Below are positions 53,112-62,975 of a stretch of DNA of 64,000 nucleotides, in pieces (the stretch's first letter is position 1; every line of letters starts with the position of its first letter). The notes beneath the pieces are model-generated. The model searched no databases, was not told the origin of the DNA, and worked only from the letters and a program-made list of their open reading frames with translations. Position numbers and translations under genes: made by a program. The DNA is from Oscillospiraceae bacterium (GTDB lineage: Bacteria; Bacillota; Clostridia; Oscillospirales; Ruminococcaceae): the NCBI GenBank assembly GCA_017405465.1, contig JAFRAJ010000038.1:5360-69359 (forward strand). The letters run 5' to 3'.

Positions 53112-53605
53112 CTGATGAACTTCACCTTGTTCTCGTCGTATCTGTCTTCCACAGTGCGCTCTTCAGCAGGATAGCCAAACTGTACTGTTGCAACGGTGCG
53201 GAAATCCTCAGGCATGCCGAGCAGCTCTGCAGTCTTCACTCCGTTTTCAGAACCGGGCATGAGGGCACACCATACGGAGCCTATTCCCATGCTCTTAGCC
53301 TGAAGGAGCATGTTCTGGATCGCTGCGCCGCAGTCCACCTGAGCGAACCTGTCGTTGACGCCTTCCTGATATCCTACTATCACAGAGAATGCGGCTCCGG
53401 CAGTCATGCCGGCATTAGGGTTGATCTCTGCCAGTTTCTTAAGAGTCTCGCGGTCCTCGACGACTGCGAATCTCCACTCCTGTCTGTTGACTGCGGTGGG
53501 AGCCCAGAAAGCGGCTTCAAGGATCTCGCGGATCTGATCCTCGGAGACCTTCTGATCAGTGTACTTGCGAATACTTCTGCGTTCTTTGATTACATCCAGC
53601 AGCAT
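53108..53605 (-). CDS. Nitroreductase-family protein
   Basis: Start at MLLDVIKERRSIRKYT (GGAGG RBS upstream). Typical nitroreductase N-terminus. Confidence 0.8.
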   Translation of the reverse strand: MLLDVIKERRSIRKYTDQKVSEDQIREILEAAFWAPTAVNRQEWRFAVVEDRETLKKLAEINPNAGMTAGAAFSVIVGYQEGVNDRFAQVDCGAAIQNMLLQAKSMGIGSVWCALMPGSENGVKTAELLGMPEDFRTVATVQFGYPAEERTVEDRYDENKVKFIR

Positions 53606-53849
53606 AGTTCGATTCCTCCGTTTTTTCTTAATTATAGCATCGTACTTACAAAACAGAGCCCATGAAATCATTTCGGAAGTGTTAACAGTAAAGGTGGTCT
53701 GAGCGGCGGATCAGGATGACGGTCCGGCAGTTTTTTTCTGCAGCGCAGTTCACAGCGTAACGGCGTTACTTTATAATAAAAGATAAGCAAAAACGTGCCT
53801 TTGTCTGGCACAGGGAAAGTGAGAGGCAGCCGCAGAGCTGCAGAATAAT

Positions 53850-55193
53850 ATGGAGAAGAAATATACGTGGGTCGATGTCTTTAAGATCGCGGTTCCGATC
53901 TTTGTCGAGCAGATACTGAGATCCCTTATGGGAACGGTAAACACGTTCATGCTCAGCCGTGTCTCCGACAGCGCTTCCGCCGCAGTCGGTGTGGCGAGCC
54001 AGGTGCTCAACGTGGTGATCATCGCATCGTTCATGATGTCTTCCGGTACTGCTATCATAGAGAATCAGCTGCTGGGCGCCGGAAAGAACAGGGAAGCGGG
54101 AAAGGTGATGATGAACACCTATTCCGTAACTGCTGTCCTGGGAATAGTCATCAGCATATTCACTGTGACCTTCGCTGAGAACCTCATCAATTTCATGGGG
54201 CTTTCGCCTGAACTTACGCCTGACGGAACGGCATATCTCAAGATCCTCGGATCCACATGCCTGTTCCAGTTCATTTCTTCCATGACATCAACGCACTTCC
54301 GCTGTCACGGAAGTTCCACGATCCCGATGATCATAGTCATCCTGACCAACATCATCAACCTGGCGGGATCCTGGCTAGTGGTCACCGGCAAGGCTCCTGT
54401 GGAAGGCGTCAGGGGCATAGCATACGTCAGAATGATCGCTGAGACAGTAGGCCTTATAGTGATCCTCGTGATGTTTGCAAGACAGAAATGGGACCAGGAG
54501 ACTAAGGATCTCACCGATATAGACTGGAAGACGGTCTATGAGATCTTCAAGACAGGCGTCATGTGCAGCATGGAGGGAATATGCTACATGCTGGCTCAGA
54601 TGGTCACGACCAAGTTCGTCACCCAGTTCTCGACTGAAGTGCTTTCTGCAAAGATCTACACGCAGACCATCAACAACTACCCGTATATTGCGGGCATCTG
54701 CATAGGACAAGCTGCCCAGATCATTTCCGGACATTACATCGGAGCGCGCAAACTGGAAGAGGCTCATGCCTTCATCCGAAGAGCGTTCTTTGCCGTGCTG
54801 ACATTCAACCTGGTCGGAGGTATCACCTGCAGACTGTTCTGCGATCAGCTCATGGGCATATTCACACAGTCTGAAGAGATCAAGGCTATAGCGAGACCTC
54901 TGTTCACCATCGACATAATCACGTGCATCGCCAGAAGCATGAACCACTCATATGTGTTCGGGCTCAGAGGAGCCGGATATGTTTTCTGGCCTATGGTTAT
55001 AGCTGCAGCAGGAATATGGATACTGGATGTAGGCCTGGGTTATCTCTGCATCACTGCTCTCGGAATGGGCGTCGTGGGGCTGTGGGTCGGACAGGCAGCT
55101 GACGAGTGGTTCAGGGGACTGCTCGGAATGTGGGCCTGGGAAAAGAAGAAGTGGTACAATACACTGCCGGATATCGACAGCATCAAAGAATAA
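53850..55193 (+). CDS. MATE-family efflux transporter
   Basis: 447 aa, 12-TM type, with N-terminal VFKIAVPIFVEQILRSLMGTVNTFMLSRV. Confidence 0.8.
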   Translation: MEKKYTWVDVFKIAVPIFVEQILRSLMGTVNTFMLSRVSDSASAAVGVASQVLNVVIIASFMMSSGTAIIENQLLGAGKNREAGKVMMNTYSVTAVLGIVISIFTVTFAENLINFMGLSPELTPDGTAYLKILGSTCLFQFISSMTSTHFRCHGSSTIPMIIVILTNIINLAGSWLVVTGKAPVEGVRGIAYVRMIAETVGLIVILVMFARQKWDQETKDLTDIDWKTVYEIFKTGVMCSMEGICYMLAQMVTTKFVTQFSTEVLSAKIYTQTINNYPYIAGICIGQAAQIISGHYIGARKLEEAHAFIRRAFFAVLTFNLVGGITCRLFCDQLMGIFTQSEEIKAIARPLFTIDIITCIARSMNHSYVFGLRGAGYVFWPMVIAAAGIWILDVGLGYLCITALGMGVVGLWVGQAADEWFRGLLGMWAWEKKKWYNTLPDIDSIKE

Positions 55194-55223
55194 ATAATCT
55201 AATACATATAAAGGAGACACAAA

Positions 55224-56978
55224 ATGAACAAAGAATGGTCGCTTGACGTCCTTTACAAGGGCTATGACGATCCTAAGTTCGCCGCGGATGAGGCGAAACT
55301 GGATTCACTGATCGCAGAGTACTCTGCTTTCTCAAAAGATCTCTCAGGAGATCCCGCAGAAGTGCTCAAAAGGCTGATAAAGCTTGAGCAGGATCTTGAG
55401 ATCACGATGTTTGATCTTATGGCTTTCGCTGGGCTCAAGATGAGCACCAACAGCTCAGACGTCCAGTCCAAGGCAGCCATGGGCAGGATATCTCAGAAGA
55501 GATCAGCTCTCGCAGGACCGCGCACCGCGTTTACACGCTACATCGCCGGTATCGAGGATATCGACGCTGTGATCGGAGACGATGAACTGCTCAAGGAACA
55601 CGAGTTCTATCTAAAGAGCATAGCTGACGACGCGAAGTACACCCTTTCTCCCGAAGTGGAGGAAGTGATGAGCATCTACTCCATCACCGGAGCATCCGCG
55701 TGGGGAGATCTGCATGGATTCCTCACATCCACAGTACCTGTGGAATACGAAGGAAGGATCACAAACCTCTCTGAAGTCCGCAACCTTGCATACGATCCGG
55801 ATCCGGAAGTCAGGAAGAAGGCTTTTGAGGCGGAGATCAAGTGCTACGACAGGATCAAGGACGGAAGCGCGTACTCCCTCAACTCCATCAAGCTGGAAGT
55901 CATCAACCGCTGCAAACTGCGCGGATTCGCTTCTCCGCTGGATGAGACACTGCATCAGTCTCACATGAAGAGAGAGACTCTCGATGCGCTGCTCGGCGCT
56001 ATCGAGGAGTATCTGCCGAAATTCTGGGAGTATCTGAGAGCAAAGGCGAGGCTGCTGGGGCACGAGAACGGCCTGCCGTTCTATGATCTCTTTGCTCCGC
56101 TGGAAGGCAGCCACGGCACATATACGACAGAAGACGCAAAGGATTATCTGGTACATCTGTTCTCAACTTTCGACAAGGAAGAAGCTGACCTCATAGCCAG
56201 AGCCTTTGACGAAGCCTGGATCGACTTCTATCCTCATGAGGGCAAGGGTGGCGGAGCTTTCTGCGAGCCTCTGCACGCACATCAGCAGAGCCGTATAGGT
56301 ACGAACTTCGGTGGAATGCTGGGTGATGTCATCACTCTCGCTCATGAGCTGGGACATGCTTTCCACAACTACTGCCTGAGAGAGAACTCCATCCTCAATA
56401 TCGATGTATCGATGCCTGTTGCTGAAACTGCCTCCACATTCAACGAGGTGGTCGCCATGAATGCCGCGATCGCACAGGAGACTGATCCTGTTGCCAAGAG
56501 AGCTCTCATAGAGAACCAGCTCCAGGATGCGACTCAGGTGGTCGTAGATATCTACTCCCGCTATCTGTTCGAGAAGTCTGTATTTGACAACAGAGAGAGC
56601 GGATTCATGTTCGCTGACAGACTCTGCGAACTGATGGAGGATGCTCAGAAGAAAGCCTACGGAGAAGGACTCGATCCTGACTGCCTGCATCCGTACATGT
56701 GGGTGAGCAAAGGACACTATTACGGCGGCGGACTCAGCTACTACAACTGGCCGTATGCCTTCGGCGGACTGTTCTCCAGAGGACTCTATGCAAAGTATCT
56801 TGAGCAGGGTGAGGAGTTCGTACCCCTCTACAAGAAACTCCTCAAAGCCACCGGAACCACTACTGTGGAAGGTGCGGCTGAAGTAGCAGGAATCGATCTC
56901 ACCGATAAGAACTTCTGGCGCGCATCGCTGCAGGTACTGGCTGATGAGATCGACCAGTTCATTGAGCTTTGCAAATAA
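55224..56978 (+). CDS. M3-family oligoendopeptidase (second PepF-like paralogue)
   Basis: 584 aa with HELGHAFH zinc motif and overall PepF-like layout. Confidence 0.85.
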   Translation: MNKEWSLDVLYKGYDDPKFAADEAKLDSLIAEYSAFSKDLSGDPAEVLKRLIKLEQDLEITMFDLMAFAGLKMSTNSSDVQSKAAMGRISQKRSALAGPRTAFTRYIAGIEDIDAVIGDDELLKEHEFYLKSIADDAKYTLSPEVEEVMSIYSITGASAWGDLHGFLTSTVPVEYEGRITNLSEVRNLAYDPDPEVRKKAFEAEIKCYDRIKDGSAYSLNSIKLEVINRCKLRGFASPLDETLHQSHMKRETLDALLGAIEEYLPKFWEYLRAKARLLGHENGLPFYDLFAPLEGSHGTYTTEDAKDYLVHLFSTFDKEEADLIARAFDEAWIDFYPHEGKGGGAFCEPLHAHQQSRIGTNFGGMLGDVITLAHELGHAFHNYCLRENSILNIDVSMPVAETASTFNEVVAMNAAIAQETDPVAKRALIENQLQDATQVVVDIYSRYLFEKSVFDNRESGFMFADRLCELMEDAQKKAYGEGLDPDCLHPYMWVSKGHYYGGGLSYYNWPYAFGGLFSRGLYAKYLEQGEEFVPLYKKLLKATGTTTVEGAAEVAGIDLTDKNFWRASLQVLADEIDQFIELCK

Positions 56979-56996
56979 TACGAAAAAACAGTTTGA

Positions 56997-57027
56997 GATG
57001 CCGCGGAATCGTCTGCGGCATCTTTTT
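56997..57027 (+). terminator. Intrinsic terminator
   Basis: GATGCCGC..GCGGCATC followed by TTTTT. Confidence 0.75.
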
Positions 57028-57123
57028 CGGTCTGATATCTTCAAATAAGCGTCCATCAATGAGATACTTTGTAAAAAGAGGCTGCGTACAGCTGAACATC
57101 ATCAATGCAATCCGGAGGGACAT

Positions 57124-57780
57124 ATGAGATATCTGTTTCTGATCCTGTTCGCGTTGTTCTCGCTTGTGCATCTTTACTATTGTTTCATAAATGACCGCAA
57201 GGGAAGAGTCAGGACCAAACCGCTCCTGATCATCACGCTTCTGATTTTCTATCTTCTGTCGTCTGACACGGTATCTTATCTTCTGCTGTCGGCTCTTGCG
57301 GCAAGCTGGATAGGAGACATACTTCTTATTGGTAACGGTGAGAAGTGGCTGGTTGCCGGAGGCGGTTTCTTCATCTCGGCACATATCTGTCTCATGCTGT
57401 TATTCTTCAAAGAAGTCAGGGTGGCAGGTCAGCCGTGGGTGCTGCTGTCTTTATTGATGATCGTATATATCTCTGCTGCTTATCTGATCATCAGAAGTAT
57501 AAAAGACGAAGCTCCTAAGATGATCTCTCTCGGACTGTTTCTGTATCTTCTCATAAACGCAGTGATGAATCTGTTCGCAGTCATGAGGATGATAACACTT
57601 GGCACTTTTGGCGCAGCACTCGTGTTCACAGGAGCAGTAATGTTCTTTCTTTCAGACTGCGCTCTTTTCCTGCTTCTGTACCATAAGAGACCGCGGATCG
57701 TTTACAAAAGGAACTTCACGGTCATGGTGACATACCTTCTGGCAGAATTCCTGATAGTTATCGGCACCCTGGTGCGCTGA
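57124..57780 (+). CDS. YhhN-family (lysoplasmalogenase-like) membrane protein
   Basis: 218 aa, multi-TM, with LLSALAASWIGDILLI and FFLSD motifs. Confidence 0.65.
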   Translation: MRYLFLILFALFSLVHLYYCFINDRKGRVRTKPLLIITLLIFYLLSSDTVSYLLLSALAASWIGDILLIGNGEKWLVAGGGFFISAHICLMLLFFKEVRVAGQPWVLLSLLMIVYISAAYLIIRSIKDEAPKMISLGLFLYLLINAVMNLFAVMRMITLGTFGAALVFTGAVMFFLSDCALFLLLYHKRPRIVYKRNFTVMVTYLLAEFLIVIGTLVR

Positions 57781-57816
57781 CAGAATAATTCACTTTAAAT
57801 AACAGAAAATATATAA

Positions 57817-57844
57817 CTGCCCCGGATCTTTTGATCCGGGGCAG
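57817..57844. terminator. Hairpin between convergent genes
   Basis: CTGCCCCGGATC TTTT GATCCGGGGCAG perfect 12-bp stem. Confidence 0.65.
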
Positions 57845-57863
57845 TGCATTATGACGACTGATC

Positions 57864-59933
57864 TCAGTCTTTTCTGATATGGAACGCGGATGCTTCGAAA
57901 TTGGCCTTGACCTCAACGATGAGTTTTCCGTCTGTCAGCGCATAGCTGTTGTCTTCTGAGGTCACAGCATCTATGATCTTGCCGGGCCCTGTGTCGACAG
58001 TAACAGCTTTCGGGAGGTCTCCCCCGAACGTGTGCACGGTAACCAGGATCTCATTATCATTCTCTCTGACTACAGTCTGCCAGCCTTTGAGATCCGAATA
58101 AGAAGTGACACCTGCCTGTATCACTCTTGAATCGCCGCGGGCTATGAGATGTCTGATGCTGTGGTAGAATTCGATATCCCGGTCCACCACAGCCCACTGT
58201 TCGGATGACAGAGAAGTGACGTCTCCTGAGAGGCACATAGCGCCTAAGAAAGCGCTGACCATGGAATAATGCAGACGGCGAAGACTGTCTTCTTTGCGTA
58301 GCACTGCCCATATCTGTGACTGCATGGGGAGGATAAGTCGGTGCAGGTTTGCTGCTATGACCGGTATCGTGACGCATTCATGGGCATCAGAGAAGGAAGC
58401 CATGTCAAACAGAGACATCAGTGAAGGCTCCAGACGGTGGCCGCCGGAAGCGCAGTTCTCCATGATTATTCCGGGAACGCCTTCCCGAAGTCTGCGGAAG
58501 AAAGCCTTGCTGCACTCGACGGATTGTCTGAGTCCTTCTCCAAGGGATTCAGCTCCGTCAACACCGGTTCCGATGGATTCGTTATAGTCGTTCTTTATGT
58601 AGCCGAAGCCGTAATCCCTGAGCTGGCCTATGACTTTTTCGTCAAGGTAGTCGTTGACGTCCTTTCTGCGCATGTCGAGGAATCTGCGGCTGCCGGTGTC
58701 GATAACATATCCGTTTCTGTGATGCAGCATCTCTTCTCTGTCATGCATGAGAGAGTTGGGACCGCATGTTTCCGATTCGAACCAGAGACCGGGGATCATT
58801 CCGGCTTCTCTAATCATGTCGGATGTGGCTTTGAAACCGTACGGGAACAGGAGTTTTTCTGCCGGTACCCAGTCTCCGCCTGTGCGCGACCAGTCGTATT
58901 TCTCGTTTTTGTACCAGCCTGCGTCTATGACGAAATATTCCATTCCTTTTCCGCGCAGAGTTTCGAGTATGGCTGAGATGTTCTCGTGGCTGGGTACGCC
59001 CCATGTAGTGCAGTATTCGTTGAACATTACCGGAGGAAGAGACAGGTTCTTGGGACGGTGTTCTTCCTGGATATCAAGGAGCCTCTGGGAAGCTTTCTCA
59101 GCGTCTCCGCGGACTGCTGTCATGTACATATGAGGAGTCGTGAAGCTCTCACCTGGAGAGATGGTCTTCGCCCAGTGACCGAAATCGTAATCGGCTATAC
59201 CGCCGGTGACTGAAAGACCGTAATCCTTTCTTCTGACTTCGATCTGCCAGGAAGAGGAAGCCTCCAGCTGAACTGCCCAGGTGATATCTCTCAGCTTATC
59301 CCGGACAGCAACGAATGGGAAATTGTTCCGGATCGGCAGGGAACCGCGCTGGCCTATCTTTTTAAGGCGGTATCCCTGAACAGCCCAGCTCGGTTCGAGA
59401 CAGAGCTGCTCGACGGTCTCGGTGACCATGGCGCCTTCTGCACTCCAGTTCCCGGTCATCGTCGTGACCTCCATGCTGTCCGGAGCTTCTCCCTCATCGA
59501 ATGGAGTGAGCCCTCCAATATTGCCGCTGGACAGCATCTCCAGTGTGAAAGGTTCGTCTCCGGTATTCTCCACCGATGAGTAAGTCTCCACTGCTCTGAG
59601 GTCATCACAGAAGATGAGAGTGTGTGTGATCTTTCTGTTTCTGTCGGAAAACCGGGTAATGATGCTGTCACCGGCAGTTTCCTGAGATTCAAACACAAGT
59701 GAAAAGACAGATCCGGATCCGCACATCGTGTTGCCGGCAGCGTAGTCAGCAGGAAGTACATCTCCTCTGACATACAGTTCTGTAAGTGGAGCAGAAGCAC
59801 ACTTTTCCTTTTCCTTGAGAAGCGGTTCTGCGGAAGCAGGGATGAGAGTGAGACCTATCATTCCTTTCTCATCCTGCTCATAACGCAGGAGCATGTCGCT
59901 GCGGCGGAATTCGCTGATCGTTTTCTTACTCAT
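57864..59933 (-). CDS. Alpha-galactosidase (GH36)
   Basis: 689 aa. FVIDAGWY, YIKNDYN and ENCASGGHR blocks correspond to the GH36 catalytic region. Confidence 0.8.
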   Translation of the reverse strand: MSKKTISEFRRSDMLLRYEQDEKGMIGLTLIPASAEPLLKEKEKCASAPLTELYVRGDVLPADYAAGNTMCGSGSVFSLVFESQETAGDSIITRFSDRNRKITHTLIFCDDLRAVETYSSVENTGDEPFTLEMLSSGNIGGLTPFDEGEAPDSMEVTTMTGNWSAEGAMVTETVEQLCLEPSWAVQGYRLKKIGQRGSLPIRNNFPFVAVRDKLRDITWAVQLEASSSWQIEVRRKDYGLSVTGGIADYDFGHWAKTISPGESFTTPHMYMTAVRGDAEKASQRLLDIQEEHRPKNLSLPPVMFNEYCTTWGVPSHENISAILETLRGKGMEYFVIDAGWYKNEKYDWSRTGGDWVPAEKLLFPYGFKATSDMIREAGMIPGLWFESETCGPNSLMHDREEMLHHRNGYVIDTGSRRFLDMRRKDVNDYLDEKVIGQLRDYGFGYIKNDYNESIGTGVDGAESLGEGLRQSVECSKAFFRRLREGVPGIIMENCASGGHRLEPSLMSLFDMASFSDAHECVTIPVIAANLHRLILPMQSQIWAVLRKEDSLRRLHYSMVSAFLGAMCLSGDVTSLSSEQWAVVDRDIEFYHSIRHLIARGDSRVIQAGVTSYSDLKGWQTVVRENDNEILVTVHTFGGDLPKAVTVDTGPGKIIDAVTSEDNSYALTDGKLIVEVKANFEASAFHIRKD

Positions 59934-59969
59934 ATGAATCCTCCAAGTAAAGAAAAGAACAGGATCAGT

Positions 59970-60278
59970 TCAGATCCTGTTCTTGAGAATATCTGTAGCC
60001 AGTTCCAGCATGCGGAAAGCTTGATCACGTATCTCAGTGATCTGATCGTATACTAGATCTTCTGAGAGCACGCCTGCTTTCAGATCGGAAGGAAGCTCCT
60101 CCTGTCTGTCGTCATACCACTCGTTGCTTCCGTAATATGAGAACAGTTCCGACATGGAATCGAGAACTTCCTCAAGTCTGTCAAGCTGCGCAGAAAGACC
60201 GGAAACGGTCTTTGTGCATTCGTCCAGATGGCCTTCCATCTCGGTGATGCGTCTGATAGTTATTTCATCAGCTGCCAT
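59970..60278 (-). CDS. DUF4298-like small coiled-coil protein
   Basis: 102 aa. The pattern ..YYGS.EW..D...ELP.DLKAGVLSED.VYD is as remembered for DUF4298. The terminator hairpin AAGAACAGGATC/GATCCTGTTCTT overlaps its stop. Confidence 0.55.
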   Translation of the reverse strand: MAADEITIRRITEMEGHLDECTKTVSGLSAQLDRLEEVLDSMSELFSYYGSNEWYDDRQEELPSDLKAGVLSEDLVYDQITEIRDQAFRMLELATDILKNRI

Positions 60279-60324
60279 GATTTGTTATTTCCTTTCAGAA
60301 TTTAAGAACCTGAGATGCAATGTG

Positions 60325-60897
60325 TCAATGTGCAAGATCTTTGCACATTTCTTCAAAAGATATAAGATCACCGTATGTAGGGAATGAAAACTCCTGATAC
60401 TTTGACTTGTCACCCTTCCAGTACAGATAGAGCCATGGACCTGAATATCCGGTATCCAGAGACTCTTCTCTGGCTTTTACGGTTCCGTTATTCACTGAAT
60501 CGAGAAACCGGTTCCACTGATCTTCAGTAAGTGTCACTGTCCCGGAAGCAGTGATGTCCTTTTCTGTCTGCGGCCATCCGCCGCCTTCACGGGTCTCGTG
60601 ATAAAACATGTATTTACCGTCTTCAGTGTAGAAGCGGTACCTCTGATAATGCGGAGGATCTGTTGAAGTGCTGACCGTATAGTAGAACTCTGTTATGTCT
60701 TCCAGCGGAAAATCCTTCCCGGCTGTTCTTTCCCGTTTGCCGGAGAACAGATCTGAGATGTTCATGATTCCTTTTCCTCCAATGATGTTGATAACGATAA
60801 GAGCAAGCACGGCTATCAGGATCATATTTATGACTATGTGCAATATGATGACGTGGCGCGGGCGTCTCTCCGTGTCATAGATCCGGTCTTTATCCAT
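60325..60897 (-). CDS. Membrane-anchored hypothetical protein
   Basis: 190 aa with one N-terminal TM helix (VIILHIVINMILIAVLALIVINII). Confidence 0.5.
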   Translation of the reverse strand: MDKDRIYDTERRPRHVIILHIVINMILIAVLALIVINIIGGKGIMNISDLFSGKRERTAGKDFPLEDITEFYYTVSTSTDPPHYQRYRFYTEDGKYMFYHETREGGGWPQTEKDITASGTVTLTEDQWNRFLDSVNNGTVKAREESLDTGYSGPWLYLYWKGDKSKYQEFSFPTYGDLISFEEMCKDLAH

Positions 60898-60926
60898 GTA
60901 TGTTCCTCCCAGCGTTTCATGAGGTT

Positions 60927-61571
60927 TTAAGTAAGTCCGAGACTCTGCATCACCAGAGAAAGAGTATCTTCGATACTTCTGTTCTCATCTCTATGGATCA
61001 CATTGAAGCCGGAATTCAGCAATTCATCGTATGACTCCTGTGAGCAGATCAGTTCAAGACCCTGACGGTAGTTCTCCATCGCTTTCTGAGGATCGGGCTC
61101 CTCCATGATAAGACGATACAGGAACTGCTTTTCCGGATCAGGGCGGTCAAAGAACCTGCGGACGGAAATAAGAGGGTCAGAGAGCATGACCAGAGTGTGG
61201 TCATGCGGAGCTATCTTCTGCAGAGTCTCTACAGAGATGTTTGTATCAACAAATACCGGCTTCCCCTGATCACATATCGCCGGCAGCATACGGAGCTCCA
61301 GTATCTCGCATTCTTTCTTGGTCAGGTCGATCCAGTCTTTGTATTCCTGCGGAGATCTGCGGATAAAATCGTGCCAGTCAACGAGATCCCTTGTATACGT
61401 CAGACCGGGGAATTCCTCAGGATCCAGTGTGTCGAGTAGATCGTCATGATAATTTTCGGTGCAGGCAATACCATCAAGAGCTTTGGCAAGTTCTTTGACC
61501 ATTGTGGATTTTCCTGCATATGATGTGCCAATGATGAAATAGGCGTTCTCAAAATAAGGAAGTTTCTCCAT
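60927..61571 (-). CDS. P-loop NTPase/kinase-like protein
   Basis: 214 aa with Walker A GTSYAGKST near the N-terminus. No further family assignment possible. Confidence 0.55.
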   Translation of the reverse strand: MEKLPYFENAYFIIGTSYAGKSTMVKELAKALDGIACTENYHDDLLDTLDPEEFPGLTYTRDLVDWHDFIRRSPQEYKDWIDLTKKECEILELRMLPAICDQGKPVFVDTNISVETLQKIAPHDHTLVMLSDPLISVRRFFDRPDPEKQFLYRLIMEEPDPQKAMENYRQGLELICSQESYDELLNSGFNVIHRDENRSIEDTLSLVMQSLGLT

Positions 61572-61708
61572 CGGACAGGACCTCCTAGAAGACCGTTTGC
61601 AGACAAAATGAGTGTAAATGCAATCTTTTGCCTTCTCATATTATAACAGGAGGCGCCTTCGCATTGAAATGAAGCGGGTAATATGGAATAATAGCAGGCA
61701 GAATGGTG

Positions 61709-61880
61709 ATGTGCTTATGCATGGCGACATGCCGGTGCGCTTGCGCACTGAGGGAATGCGACTGAGAGTGTCGAGCTATCCCAGTAACCGTGAAATGGAC
61801 GAAAGGCGATGAAACCACTGCTTCTGAAGCGGGAAGGTGCCTAGTAGGATGAAGTAAAGCCGGGAGACCGATCTGCACAT
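61709..61880 (+). promoter_or_regulatory. Cobalamin (B12) riboswitch aptamer
   Basis: P1 ATGTGC (61709-61714) pairs with GCACAT (61875-61880). AGGGAA..CTGAGA..CCCAGTAACCGT core, ACCACTG..CGGGAAGG, and B12-box-like AAGCCGGGAGACCGATC. Hairpins at 61906-61940 and 61951-61981 could be the expression platform. Confidence 0.75.
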
Positions 61881-62024
61881 TTTAAACATCTTCTGAGGTA
61901 AAGATTAAAAACCATTGCATGCCAGATTGCATGGCTTTTCAAACGCTGATCTCTGAGAAGGCCGCCGCAAAAAAGGCGGGCGTTTCCATTCACTAATAAT
62001 CAGAATAAGAGGTTGGAAAGCAAT

Positions 62025-62975
62025 ATGAAGAAGATCATGACCTTAGCGTCACTGACGCTGATGCTGGTCCTGATGGTATCGATGCTGACAGGCTGCGGCA
62101 AGAAGGAACCAGAGGACGTAACACCTGCTGATACGTCTATCAAGTTCACTGACATGGCCGGCAGGGAAGTTACCCTTGAGAAGCCTGCAGAGAAGATCGT
62201 GGCTCTTGAGCCTTCAGACTGCGAGATACTTTATGCTATCGGCGCAGGAGACACTCTTGTCGGCCGCGGTGAGTACTGCGATTATCCGGCAGAGGTCTTT
62301 GATATCCCGTCAGTTCAGTCAGGATATGAGACCAATATCGAAGCTGTCATCGAGCTCGGCCCTGAAGTAGTCATCATGACCATGATGGCCCAGACAGAGG
62401 ACCAGATCAACGCCTTCGAGAAGGCTGGGATCAAAGTCGTCATGACTAACGCGCAGGACATCAACGGCATCTATGACTGTGTGAACATGATCGGCAAAGT
62501 CACAGGTAAAGAAGACGGAGCTGCGAATGTCGTTTCACAGATGAAGTCCGCTTTTGACGCCATCAAGAAGGAAGGCTACGGAGAAGGCAAGACTGTTTAT
62601 TTCGAAGTTTCCCCGCTGCAGTGGGGCCTCTGGGCAGCCGGCAAGGACACATTCATGGATGAAGCCGCCAATATGATCGGCCTCAAGAACATCTTCGGCG
62701 ATCAGTCTGGCTGGCTCGAAGTTTCCGAGGAACAGGTCATCAGCGCTGATCCGGATTATATCGTGACTATCACGATGTATTACGGCGAAGGCCCGACACC
62801 TGCTGAGGAGATCACCTCGAGACCCGGCTGGGGCAACATGAAGGCCGTTGTAAACGGAAACATAATCAACATCCAGGACAACTCTCTGTCGAGACCGAGC
62901 CCGAGACTGGTGGACGGAATCACAGCGATGAATGATTTCATCGCAGAGTCCCTCGCTCAGGATGAAGCCGCGTAA
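62025..62975 (+). CDS. Cobalamin/Fe-siderophore-type ABC substrate-binding lipoprotein (BtuF-like)
   Basis: Start at MKKIMTL with lipobox LTGCGKK. IVALEPSDCEILYAIGAGDTLVG and W..MKAVVNGN motifs. Downstream of the B12 riboswitch. Confidence 0.8.
   Translation: MKKIMTLASLTLMLVLMVSMLTGCGKKEPEDVTPADTSIKFTDMAGREVTLEKPAEKIVALEPSDCEILYAIGAGDTLVGRGEYCDYPAEVFDIPSVQSGYETNIEAVIELGPEVVIMTMMAQTEDQINAFEKAGIKVVMTNAQDINGIYDCVNMIGKVTGKEDGAANVVSQMKSAFDAIKKEGYGEGKTVYFEVSPLQWGLWAAGKDTFMDEAANMIGLKNIFGDQSGWLEVSEEQVISADPDYIVTITMYYGEGPTPAEEITSRPGWGNMKAVVNGNIINIQDNSLSRPSPRLVDGITAMNDFIAESLAQDEAA

Noticed and set aside
53680-53745. Possible ykkC/guanidine-type riboswitch upstream of the MATE gene (GGTCTGAGCGGCGG..GACGGTCCGG, T7 run)
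   Set aside because: Only vague resemblance. The conserved ykkC core elements could not be found, and no convincing stem precedes the T-run.
56163-57059. 298-aa minus-strand ORF opposite the second M3 peptidase
   Set aside because: It is antisense to a gene with the HELGH motif and also runs through that gene's terminator.
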